Assembly: GCA_002011035.2 (NCBI GenBank) | Contig: MTLY02000002.1 | Span: 352,001 to 416,000 of the forward strand | DNA length: 64,000 bases | Direction of reading: 5' to 3' | Source of the DNA: Candidatus Hecatella orcuttiae | Lineage (GTDB): Archaea; Thermoproteota; Bathyarchaeia; Hecatellales; Hecatellaceae | Shown: positions 1 to 7,819 of the stretch, in pieces | How the letters are laid out: every line of letters starts with the position of its first letter | Numbering within the stretch: the first letter of the stretch is position 1 | The notes under the pieces: model-generated | Databases searched by the model: none | Told to the model about the DNA's origin: nothing | What the model saw: only the letters and a program-made list of their open reading frames with translations | Made by a program: the position numbers and the translations under genes

Positions 1-2
1 AC

Positions 3-377
3 ATCAAAGGAAACAAGTACACCTTCACGGTTAGTTCTCCCATAAACCGAGATAAAATAATCAAGTTCATCGACCTAGTAGAAATGATGGCCGGTTCTTT
101 GGAAATTAAAAATCCCTCCTCCTCAGACACGAAATTTGAAAAAATCCTCCAAACCGTGAAAGAACACTATCCTTTTCAATGGTTTACATCCACTGAAGTT
201 CAGTTAGCTTATGAAGAAAAATTTAAGGAGCCCATAAGCCTCAGCACCGTTTCCACCTACCTAAGCAGGTACTGGGAACAAAAAATTCTAACCCGCGAAG
301 GCTCTCCAGCCAGTCTTCGGTATAGACTTAACCCTGAGGTTTTAAATTCAGCACCGAAACAAGAACGTAGTGGCTAG
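3..377 (+). CDS. Winged-helix domain hypothetical protein, 5' partial
   Basis: Frame is open from position 3 (IKGNKYTFTV...) into ORF 84..377. C-terminal FTSTEVQLAYEEKFKEPISLSTVSTYLSRY...ILTREG...YRL has a wHTH pattern. Confidence 0.7.
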   Translation: MKGNKYTFTVSSPINRDKIIKFIDLVEMMAGSLEIKNPSSSDTKFEKILQTVKEHYPFQWFTSTEVQLAYEEKFKEPISLSTVSTYLSRYWEQKILTREGSPASLRYRLNPEVLNSAPKQERSG

Positions 378-380
378 AAT

Positions 381-1100
381 TCAGAGAGGCTCTTCTTTAA
401 CAGAAAACTCAAAACTTTTCCTGATCCTTTCACTTAAACTATAGCTGAAAGGTATTACATCAGTGTTTCTAACCACATAACCTTCTCTGTAAAGTTTTTT
501 CATTAACCTCGCTGCGTGCTCCCGTGTTTTGCCGATGACCTCTCTAATTTCCGGAGCTGTTTTAGGGCCGCTGCGGTACAAAACTTTTAGGACAGCCATC
601 TCTGTGGGGGTTAAGCGAGCGATGGAGACGTTTCCCCCCTCTAGCGTTGGACTCGGCTCCTCCAAACGTGGAGTCAAGCCTCGCATTTTTTTATCTTGGG
701 CATTAACCTGCTGTTCAAGCTGGATACGCTTTTCATCTAGGGCAGATAGTTTATCGTTATGGACTTTCAATATTTTTGCGAATTTTGTCTGAGCGCGGAA
801 GAGCTCTTTGATATTGGCGGTTAATGCTGATAACGTTTCCCTCTCAGCTTCATGGAAAGATTGAAGGCGGTTTAACTCTGAAAAGGAAGCTTCAATTCTG
901 TGCAGAGCATAGGAGACACTCTCCTCAACTTTAGCCATCTTCTTACTTAACTGAACTATGGAAAGCTGAACCAAGTCGCTTAACTCCCCTAGAGAACTCT
1001 TTTTAGGCCTTCTGAATAGAAGCAGTGCGAGAAGAAATCCGAAGGCCGCTGTAAAACTCAACAAGCCTAGAAAAAACACTTCTCCGGAAAAAACCGTCAT
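381..1100 (-). CDS. Membrane-anchored coiled-coil protein with C-terminal winged-helix (MarR/TrmB-like) domain
   Basis: N-terminal hydrophobic helix (VFFLGLLSFTAAFGFLLALLLF) followed by RRPKK, a long heptad-rich middle region, then LTPTEMAVLKVL..GPKTAPEIREVIGKTREHAARLMKKLYREGYV wHTH. Confidence 0.8.
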   Translation of the reverse strand: MTVFSGEVFFLGLLSFTAAFGFLLALLLFRRPKKSSLGELSDLVQLSIVQLSKKMAKVEESVSYALHRIEASFSELNRLQSFHEAERETLSALTANIKELFRAQTKFAKILKVHNDKLSALDEKRIQLEQQVNAQDKKMRGLTPRLEEPSPTLEGGNVSIARLTPTEMAVLKVLYRSGPKTAPEIREVIGKTREHAARLMKKLYREGYVVRNTDVIPFSYSLSERIRKSFEFSVKEEPL

Positions 1101-1106
1101 GAAATC

Positions 1107-1499
1107 TCACTCACCCTCTCACATGTGACCTGAAGAAAATCACAGAAATAATCACCTGTGACCTCTTCAACTGCATAATTCCCACCTGATATCACAAGTG
1201 ATGCTTTTGTAAGCAAGCACATCACATTTGACCTGACATTCATTCAAAAAATTATTCTCTTTATCAGGATTTAAACCTTGTGATTCCACCTACAAATCAT
1301 GTGACATCACGTTTATATGATAATTTTTCATTAAAAAGGAGTTATTCGGTGAAAAGAAGCTTATTTTTAGGGCTAAAATTGTTTTTAAACAATAATATAA
1401 GTTTTTATGTTAAGACATCACATGTCAAGTCACAGCTGATGTTTATTTATGATTTCAGGCGGTCACGGCATCACATGTAATCTGTGACATCACGTTTGA
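1107..1499. repeat. Array of palindromic TCACnnnTGA boxes flanking an AT-rich core (candidate origin or centromere-like site)
   Basis: Boxes at 1119 (TCACATGTGA, perfect palindrome), 1152, 1192, 1222, 1307, 1418, 1430, 1471, 1490, plus degenerate partners. 15-bp direct repeat TGTGACATCACGTTT at 1300 and 1483. Core 1312-1413 has 20 G+C in 102 nt. Confidence 0.85.
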
Positions 1500-1993
1500 T
1501 ATTTCAATGACTTGGGAGAAGTCAAAGTATTTAGGGCTTTTTCCAAGGCCTCCCTTACAGAAACAATGGTTGCGGCTCTTTGAAGTTCGTCGGAACTTGA
1601 TGAGGACTCTTCGCGGACTTGTCTATGTAAATCTAAATAGTCCTTCAGTCTACTGGACAATTCGATGTATTGTTGGAAGGCAGGCAAGTCGAAGATCCCC
1701 AGGGAGCCCAGTAATAAAAACGTGTATATTGACTTTATTATGTTTTTCTGAGCTTGTTTCAGGGTTCTATTGAAAGAACCTTTACTAATTTTTCCTTTAA
1801 TTCTAAAATAAGTTTTTTCTTCAGTTATCATTTTATTTCCAGATAAATATGGAATTATAGTGTCTATTAGAAACGTTTCCAGCTGCGTTTTGGTTAAATG
1901 ACTGTTTTTAAGTAGAATATCAGTGATGGGGTCTTGGTCGAGGTTTCTTAGCCATTTTTTGAATTCTTCAGGGTCCTTTAATTCCACGCTCAA
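1490..1993 (-). CDS. Archaeal hypothetical protein with possible HTH
   Basis: 167-aa ORF. LTKTQLETFL...ISKGSFNRTLKQAQKNIIKS resembles a sigma70-region-4-like HTH followed by a hydrophobic helix. Confidence 0.65.
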   Translation of the reverse strand: MSVELKDPEEFKKWLRNLDQDPITDILLKNSHLTKTQLETFLIDTIIPYLSGNKMITEEKTYFRIKGKISKGSFNRTLKQAQKNIIKSIYTFLLLGSLGIFDLPAFQQYIELSSRLKDYLDLHRQVREESSSSSDELQRAATIVSVREALEKALNTLTSPKSLKYQT

Positions 1994-2132
1994 GGAAACA
2001 CCCTGAAAGAATACGTTTTTGTATACCAGTATTTAAATCTTCCCGCAATCATAAGGTCTAAGGTTCCAATTTTTGGAGGCTTACCATACCTTTAGAAGCT
2101 AGGTGAGCAGGGAAACCCAGGCTTTCCGGAGG

Positions 2133-3428
2133 CTAAACAGAAATCTTGGCGGAAAAAGGCTTACCGCCAAAGGTTTTTTCACAGACTTCCGCAACTTTTT
2201 CACGGAATTGCGGCAAGGTATAGACTCTCACAATGTCCATAAACTGGGTTAGGGATGCTAAAAGAGGAGAAAGCTCCGTGGCTTTTTGAACAATCACACC
2301 CGCAGGGGTCTTCCGGTAGACGAGGATGTCTGACCGCTGCCTCTCCACTGGGTTGATGGGTACGGAAAGAACTTGAGGGACGTCGATGACGATGAAGTCC
2401 GGGTCAACTCCGGTTTTTTCCCCGATTTCAACCTCAACCTCGCGGCGGATGTTAGGTTTGTTGAGGAGGTTGGAAAAGAAGGTGTCTTTTCTGAATATGA
2501 TAAGCTCGTAGGTGCTCTTCAGAAGCTTTCTGCTGCGAACCCCCAAAATATATTGGTAGGCTTTCTGAAGCTTTTGGTCGACTTCCTTCTTGAGGGAGAG
2601 CAGTCCTTCTAGGACTTTACCGTCGTCCAATCGGAGAAACTCCTCCACGTCTTTGAAGGAGGCGAGGCCCAATTTTTCGCAGGCAAAATCCATGGCCCTT
2701 GCAATCATAACATTAGTCGCCCGCACTGTTCGGTGGAAGTAGACAGTGTTAAACATTTCCATCCTAGCGATGATGAAGGATTCCAAGACGCCGAAAGCCC
2801 CTGAACCGTCGGCCATCAGCCTCTTCTCTATCAACTCTAGGGATGAGATAAGCCGCTGGGCATCCACCTTTCCATATTCCACTCCAGCGAAGTAGGAGTC
2901 CCGAGCCAGATAGTCCATGATGTCTGCGGAAAAGTGGCCGGCGATAACCTGGTTCAGAAAAATTCTCTCCGTACGGTCTAAATGTCCTGTGGAAAGCTGA
3001 GCTATCTCTTTCTTGGAGAAGCCATGACTGGAAAGGATGTCCCCGATTTCGCTGCTCTCAATCACCCACTGGGTGAGGTCTTCGTGAGTTTGATGGCGGT
3101 GCTTTTCGAGGATTTCTTCGTAGACATGGGAGAAGGGGCCGTGGCCTACGTCATGAAGCAGCCCTGCTAGACGGACTTTTTGAATTTCCTCCTCCGAAAT
3201 GTAGCCCTTTTCGGCGAGATAGACTCCCAGCATGCCTGCCAAGTGCATAACCCCGAGGGAGTGGAGGAAACGGGTGTGAACGGCGCCAGGGTAGGTTAGC
3301 TCAGCTCCTGCCAGCTGCTTGATGTTCCTCAGCCTCTGGACGGGGGTGGAATCGATGAGCTTCTTCTCCACTTCTGTGAATCGGATGTAACCGTGGACAG
3401 GGTCCTTGATTTCTCCAACTCCTTTCAA
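2133..3428 (-). CDS. HD-domain phosphohydrolase (SAMHD1/dNTP triphosphohydrolase-like)
   Basis: Motifs IKDPVHG, QRLRNIKQL, HTRFLHSLGV, LLHDVGHGPFSH, DIMDYLARD, VYFH. Confidence 0.92.
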   Translation of the reverse strand: MKGVGEIKDPVHGYIRFTEVEKKLIDSTPVQRLRNIKQLAGAELTYPGAVHTRFLHSLGVMHLAGMLGVYLAEKGYISEEEIQKVRLAGLLHDVGHGPFSHVYEEILEKHRHQTHEDLTQWVIESSEIGDILSSHGFSKKEIAQLSTGHLDRTERIFLNQVIAGHFSADIMDYLARDSYFAGVEYGKVDAQRLISSLELIEKRLMADGSGAFGVLESFIIARMEMFNTVYFHRTVRATNVMIARAMDFACEKLGLASFKDVEEFLRLDDGKVLEGLLSLKKEVDQKLQKAYQYILGVRSRKLLKSTYELIIFRKDTFFSNLLNKPNIRREVEVEIGEKTGVDPDFIVIDVPQVLSVPINPVERQRSDILVYRKTPAGVIVQKATELSPLLASLTQFMDIVRVYTLPQFREKVAEVCEKTFGGKPFSAKISV

Positions 3429-3446
3429 TGGAAGGATCAGTTTAAC

Positions 3447-3809
3447 TCACCTGAAGTGAATGCTGGTTTTCGAATTTCCCATGCTCTTAACGAGGTTCAT
3501 CAGCGTTCGACCTGCTAGGGGATCGTTTTCTTGGGGGATAAACACCGAAGCTAGGGCGGTCTTGCCCCATTTGGCTGCCAAATATTCCGCCAAAACCCTA
3601 GCGAGGTGGGAGTTCTTATAGCCGAGGAGAAGGCTTGAAGAATGAGGCGCGGAAGGAGGAATGGGCGGGGTTGCCACGGCTAGGGTGCCCAGTTTAGTTT
3701 TCTCCCCTTCGAAAAAGAAGCTTAGGATAGCGTTGTCCAGTTCGAAGATGTAGACTGAAAATTTTCTTCCTTCCAGCTCCACTGTTTTGCTTAGGGCTTG
3801 GGGGAACAT
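3447..3809 (-). CDS. Hypothetical protein, possibly proteasome assembly chaperone (PAC4-like)
   Basis: Likely ATG start at 3809 with AGGAGT just upstream. KLGTLAVATP...LARVLAEYLAAKWGKTALASV resembles the PAC4 family pattern. Confidence 0.5.
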   Translation of the reverse strand: MFPQALSKTVELEGRKFSVYIFELDNAILSFFFEGEKTKLGTLAVATPPIPPSAPHSSSLLLGYKNSHLARVLAEYLAAKWGKTALASVFIPQENDPLAGRTLMNLVKSMGNSKTSIHFR

Positions 3810-3844
3810 CACTCCTTTAATCTCCAAGAAATCCTTAAAACATT

Positions 3845-4627
3845 GTGCTGGAAAAGGGAAATAACTTTTTGCGGAGGATGATAGATAAAGTTCAACCGCT
3901 TGAGGCGGCGACGACTTTGAAGCAGGATGCCAGCTGGATGGGTTCAATAATTTCCAGACTTAGGAAACACTTCGGAAAAATAATGTGGGCCAAATCGAAA
4001 GACTCTTTCGAGATTCTCGTGGCAACGATCCTAAGTCAAAACACCTCCGATGTCAACAGCCATCGCGCCTTCAGAGAGTTAAAAAAAGCCATGAAGCTTA
4101 CTCCGCAGGTTCTGGCTGAAAAGCCTCTGGGAGAGATCAAGCAGGCCATTCGAACAGCTGGGCTGGCTGAAATCAAAGCTAAAAGGTTGAAAGAGGCTTC
4201 CAAGTTCATCTTGAGGGAACTGGGAGGAAACCTGTCCAAAGTGTTCAACCTCCCTCCAGAAGAGAGTAGAAATTTTCTGCTGAGATTACCAGGTGTCGGA
4301 GATAAAACCGCCGACGTCATCTTAGTTTTCGCGGGGGGAATCCCCGTTGTTCCAGTGGATACGCATCTTTTCACCATAGGGAAGAGGCTGGGGCTTACAG
4401 CTTCCAGCCGCTACCAAGATGTCAGAGCAGCCTACGAGCGGCTTATCCCTCCAAAGGAAAGGGCGGAGGCCCATGTTCTCTTCATCGAGTTGGGGAAAAA
4501 AATCTGCACGGCTAGGAATCCTAAGCATGAAGCTTGCCCTATTCTAGACCTGTGTCCCACGGGGCTGAAATCTGTCTCCCAAGTGGATGATGAGGCTGAG
4601 AGGCGGCTTTCTGATACAGGCATGTGA
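3845..4627 (+). CDS. nth: Endonuclease III family DNA glycosylase
   Basis: FEILVATILSQNTSD, HhH LPGVGDKTA, PVDTH, C-terminal C-x6-H-x2-C-x5-C cluster motif. True start is probably 3878 or 3938. Confidence 0.93.
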   Translation: MLEKGNNFLRRMIDKVQPLEAATTLKQDASWMGSIISRLRKHFGKIMWAKSKDSFEILVATILSQNTSDVNSHRAFRELKKAMKLTPQVLAEKPLGEIKQAIRTAGLAEIKAKRLKEASKFILRELGGNLSKVFNLPPEESRNFLLRLPGVGDKTADVILVFAGGIPVVPVDTHLFTIGKRLGLTASSRYQDVRAAYERLIPPKERAEAHVLFIELGKKICTARNPKHEACPILDLCPTGLKSVSQVDDEAERRLSDTGM

Positions 4628-4777
4628 CTATTTCCCACCTCCGTGGGGGAAGCTTCAGCATTTTTTCGTCAATTTTTCCTCTCCCAGCAGGCTTTAATCC
4701 CGTTTCCAATCCTTCTCTGATGATTGTGAAATTTTATATGATGTCCTTCACGCATAAGACTTGAGGCTGCAAAAGAA

Positions 4778-5413
4778 TTGAAACCGCTTAAAAACTGGGA
4801 AAAGAAGGATTCTCTCTTCGGAAAAATTAGCGACCGCTTCCACCGCACTCCGCCTTTGAGGGATAAGGTTTTCAACTCCCTCTACAAACTTAACAGCATC
4901 CAAGCTAAACTGGAGCAGTTGACCAACAAACTGGAGCAGAAGGATCGGGAGCTCTTTGGCAAATGCGCTGAATCCATGGCCCGGGGAGATGAGGAGCGTT
5001 CGAAGATCTATGCCAACGAGTGCGCTCAGCTGAGGAAGATGGCTAAAACCGTTTTGGGAAGCCAGCTGGCCATCGAGCAGGCTGCTTTAAGGCTGGAGAC
5101 GGTGAAGGAATTCGGAGACGTGGCCAAGGAGATGATGCCTGTAGCTGGTGTAGTTCGGTCGTTGAAAGGGAAGCTGGTGGGAGTTATGCCTGAAGCCTCC
5201 TTGGAGCTCAACGAAATTGGAGAAACATTAAACGAGATCATGTTCGAGGCGGGGGAAGTCTCCGCGTCGGCTCCCAGCTTCCAAGCCTCAGGGGAAGAGG
5301 CTCAGAAAATCCTTCAGTCCGCTTCGGTTTTGGCTGAGCAGAAAATGAAAGAGAAATTCCCCAAACTTCCAGTGGGAGAATTTGCGGAGGAGCGTTCTCC
5401 CGACCTCGGCTAG
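4778..5413 (+). CDS. cdvB: ESCRT-III (Snf7/CdvB family) protein without C-terminal winged helix
   Basis: KLEQKDRELFGKCA...ERSKIYANECAQLRKMAK...LAIEQAALRLETVKEFGD...GVMPE...EEAQKIL..A..LAEQKMKEKFPKLP, typical of archaeal CdvB paralogues. Confidence 0.92.
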   Translation: MKPLKNWEKKDSLFGKISDRFHRTPPLRDKVFNSLYKLNSIQAKLEQLTNKLEQKDRELFGKCAESMARGDEERSKIYANECAQLRKMAKTVLGSQLAIEQAALRLETVKEFGDVAKEMMPVAGVVRSLKGKLVGVMPEASLELNEIGETLNEIMFEAGEVSASAPSFQASGEEAQKILQSASVLAEQKMKEKFPKLPVGEFAEERSPDLG

Positions 5414-5515
5414 TCTTCAAAACAGTCCGCAGCCTAGTCTTTCAAGACTTCCTTCAAGCTACTCCGCTTCCCCCCTCAACAGTGCGAGGTGGTTTAGGAT
5501 AGAAGGTTATTTCCG

Positions 5516-6493
5516 ATGGGAAGAGAGGAAAGACTTGAAGATGAAGTCCTAAGGATCTTTTTCGTCCTCTTGTCTGTGGTGAGTTGGTTTTTTATTCTCC
5601 AGTGGGCAGCGGAGCTTCTAGGCTGGCCCAGCCGGCCGGCGGGGTGGTCCTACCTCGCCGCCTTCTACGGGGCCTCTGCCGCCTATCTGGTGGGAAGGAC
5701 GAAAGGGCGGCTTAGAAAGGTCGTCTACGACTCCCCTTTTGCCGCTTATATCAACCTCCTGATAATCCTCGTCCCCCTATTCCTCATCTACCTAGCCTTG
5801 GCAAATCCCCCGCTGGAGGAGGCTCCTGGAAAAATCAGCCGACTGACGGCTTCAAGCCCCCTCACCTTGGCTTCAGGTTGGCTTTTCTCCTTCACCGCCT
5901 ACAGGTTTCTGGACAAGCTCTACGACAGGATTTTTGGGGTTTTCGAAAAAACCGGCCCCAGAGTCAGCTTCAAGACATCCGGCCCCATTCAAAGAGATGC
6001 GGAGGAGGTAGCGGGGAGGCTTGAGGTTGAGGCTGGAAAGCTGGCAGCCAAAGCCTCTGCTTGGGAGAAGCATGCCCACAGGTTGTACGATAAAGCCTTA
6101 GCAGCTCAGGTTTCAGGAAAAGCCGATAAAGCCAGCGCCTACCTTACAGCCTACTGGGAGGCGAAGAAGAACTCAGACCTGCTGGTGAAGGTGCAGGTGC
6201 AACTGGAAGGCTTAGTGGAGAGGCTTAAAACCCTCCACAGCTTCGCGGAAACCATGGCCGAGATGCCCTCCGCCTTCAAAACCATTTCAGAGCTTAAAGG
6301 GAGACTGAAGGGAGTTATTCCCGCTTTCTCCGGCGAACTGGAGAAGATAGGGCGAACGGTAGAAGAGCTTCTGGCCAAGACGCAGGCTCACGGCGGCAGC
6401 CTCCCAGAACAGCTCCAGGGAAAAGAGGCTCAAAAAATCCTCCTAGAAGCCGGCGGCGTAGCAGAGGCGAGGCTGAGGCATGGGAAAGACTAA
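5516..6493 (+). CDS. Multi-pass membrane protein fused to a C-terminal ESCRT-III/CdvB-like domain
   Basis: About four hydrophobic segments in residues ~11-132. Residues ~157-322 align by eye with the upstream CdvB (LKGRLKGVIPAFSGELEKIG vs LKGKLVGVMPEASLELNEIG; EAQKILLEA vs EAQKILQSA). Confidence 0.85.
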   Translation: MGREERLEDEVLRIFFVLLSVVSWFFILQWAAELLGWPSRPAGWSYLAAFYGASAAYLVGRTKGRLRKVVYDSPFAAYINLLIILVPLFLIYLALANPPLEEAPGKISRLTASSPLTLASGWLFSFTAYRFLDKLYDRIFGVFEKTGPRVSFKTSGPIQRDAEEVAGRLEVEAGKLAAKASAWEKHAHRLYDKALAAQVSGKADKASAYLTAYWEAKKNSDLLVKVQVQLEGLVERLKTLHSFAETMAEMPSAFKTISELKGRLKGVIPAFSGELEKIGRTVEELLAKTQAHGGSLPEQLQGKEAQKILLEAGGVAEARLRHGKD

Positions 6494-6549
6494 TCTGCTT
6501 TGGAACCTGATCCTTAGGTGAAGTTTCCCTGTCCCTCGGAGGGTTTTGG

Positions 6550-7188
6550 ATGCTGGTCAAGAGACTGACGGTAGGGCCGCTGATGGGAAACTGCTACATC
6601 GTAGGCTGCGAGGAGACGGCTAAGGCCGCGGTCATCGACCCGGGGGCAGAGCCTGAGCGAATCTTAGAGGCGTTGAAGAAAAGCCGTTTAAAGCCTGTTT
6701 ACATTGTCAACACCCACGGCCACCCGGATCATGTCTCCGCCAATGCTCCGGTGAAGAGGAGGACCAGCGCCCTGATTCTGATACACGAACTGGACGCCTC
6801 CCTGCTTTCTTCCCCCCGCCTAGACTCGGAGATAGAGCTCCTCCTCGATGTCGGGGAGAATTCCCCCCCGCCTGACAGGCTGTTGAAGGACGGGGAAACC
6901 ATCCGGGTGGGGAAGGTCACGTTTCAAGTCCTCCACACTCCCGGCCACACCCCCGGCAGCATCTGCCTCCTCGCCGAGGGCAGCCTCTTCACCGGAGACA
7001 CCCTCTTCGCCGGCAGCGTGGGTAGGACGGACCTCCCCGGCGGCTCCCCGGAGGCCTTGAGAAACTCGCTCCAGCGGAAGCTTCTGCCCTTGGACGACGG
7101 GTTAACCGTCTACCCTGGACACGGACCCCCCTCCACCTTAGGCTACGAGAAGAAGCACAATCTCTTCCTCAAGTCTTCTTTTCTCTGA
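6550..7188 (+). CDS. MBL-fold metallo-hydrolase (glyoxalase II-like)
   Basis: THGHPDH, HTPGHTPG, FTGDTLF, YPGHG. Confidence 0.93.
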   Translation: MLVKRLTVGPLMGNCYIVGCEETAKAAVIDPGAEPERILEALKKSRLKPVYIVNTHGHPDHVSANAPVKRRTSALILIHELDASLLSSPRLDSEIELLLDVGENSPPPDRLLKDGETIRVGKVTFQVLHTPGHTPGSICLLAEGSLFTGDTLFAGSVGRTDLPGGSPEALRNSLQRKLLPLDDGLTVYPGHGPPSTLGYEKKHNLFLKSSFL

Positions 7189-7204
7189 GATTGAAGGCAC
7201 AGGG

Positions 7205-7819
7205 TTGGAGGCCGCTGGGTTGGTGAGGGTTCTGGGCGTGGAAGATGGCAGTTTTCCCAGCTGGCCGGCTGGGGTTAAGAAGGGAAAGGCTCTTCTCGCC
7301 GCGGTCACTCTCCGAGATTTCACCGTCGAAGACGTTGCCCTCGCTTGGGTGGCTGTAGACGGCTGGGATGCCACCGAGGCCGTCATCCAGATGGTGAAGC
7401 AGGGAGGGAAAAAACCAGACTTGGTGATGTTGGCCTCCCTTGCCTACGCCGGCTTCAACCTCGTCGACCCGGAGGAGGTTCACCGCCGCCTCCGCCTCCC
7501 CGTCCTCATTGTAAACCCCCAGAAACCCGACAGCTTAGCCGTGGAAGCCGCCCTTAAGAAGCATTTCCCCAACTGGAAGCAGAGACTCGCCATCTTGGAT
7601 AAGGCTAAAAAACCCTACAAACTCAGCTTGGAAGAAGGCGGAGAAGTGTTCTTCTACACCTACGGCCTAAGGGCCTTCGAAGCCCGAAAGCTCATCAAAA
7701 AACTGACAGTCTTCGGCCACCGCCCCGAACCCTTGAGGGTCGCCCGGCTGATAGCCCGAGGTCTCAGCCCTTCAAGGCGCGCCAAGCATCCGAGAAAAAT
7801 CCATCACGGTCAAGGCTAA
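7205..7819 (+). CDS. DUF99 family (endonuclease V-like) protein
   Basis: VLGVEDGSF, VAVDGWDAT, AGFNLVD, PEPLRVARLIA. Confidence 0.85.
   Translation: MEAAGLVRVLGVEDGSFPSWPAGVKKGKALLAAVTLRDFTVEDVALAWVAVDGWDATEAVIQMVKQGGKKPDLVMLASLAYAGFNLVDPEEVHRRLRLPVLIVNPQKPDSLAVEAALKKHFPNWKQRLAILDKAKKPYKLSLEEGGEVFFYTYGLRAFEARKLIKKLTVFGHRPEPLRVARLIARGLSPSRRAKHPRKIHHGQG

Noticed and set aside
1280-1480. 66-aa ORF across the box array
   Set aside because: It runs through the AT-rich core and repeats with no recognisable motif. The region is better explained as non-coding.
1101-1499. Canonical ORB-type oriC, bacterial parS or CRP sites
   Set aside because: No ORB consensus with G-string was seen and no cdc6 is adjacent. 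Spacing and orientation differ from parS (TGTTTCACGTGAAACA) and CRP (TGTGA-N6-TCACA).
1107-1499. CRISPR array
   Set aside because: Repeats are only 10-15 bp and degenerate with irregular spacing. No cas genes are present.
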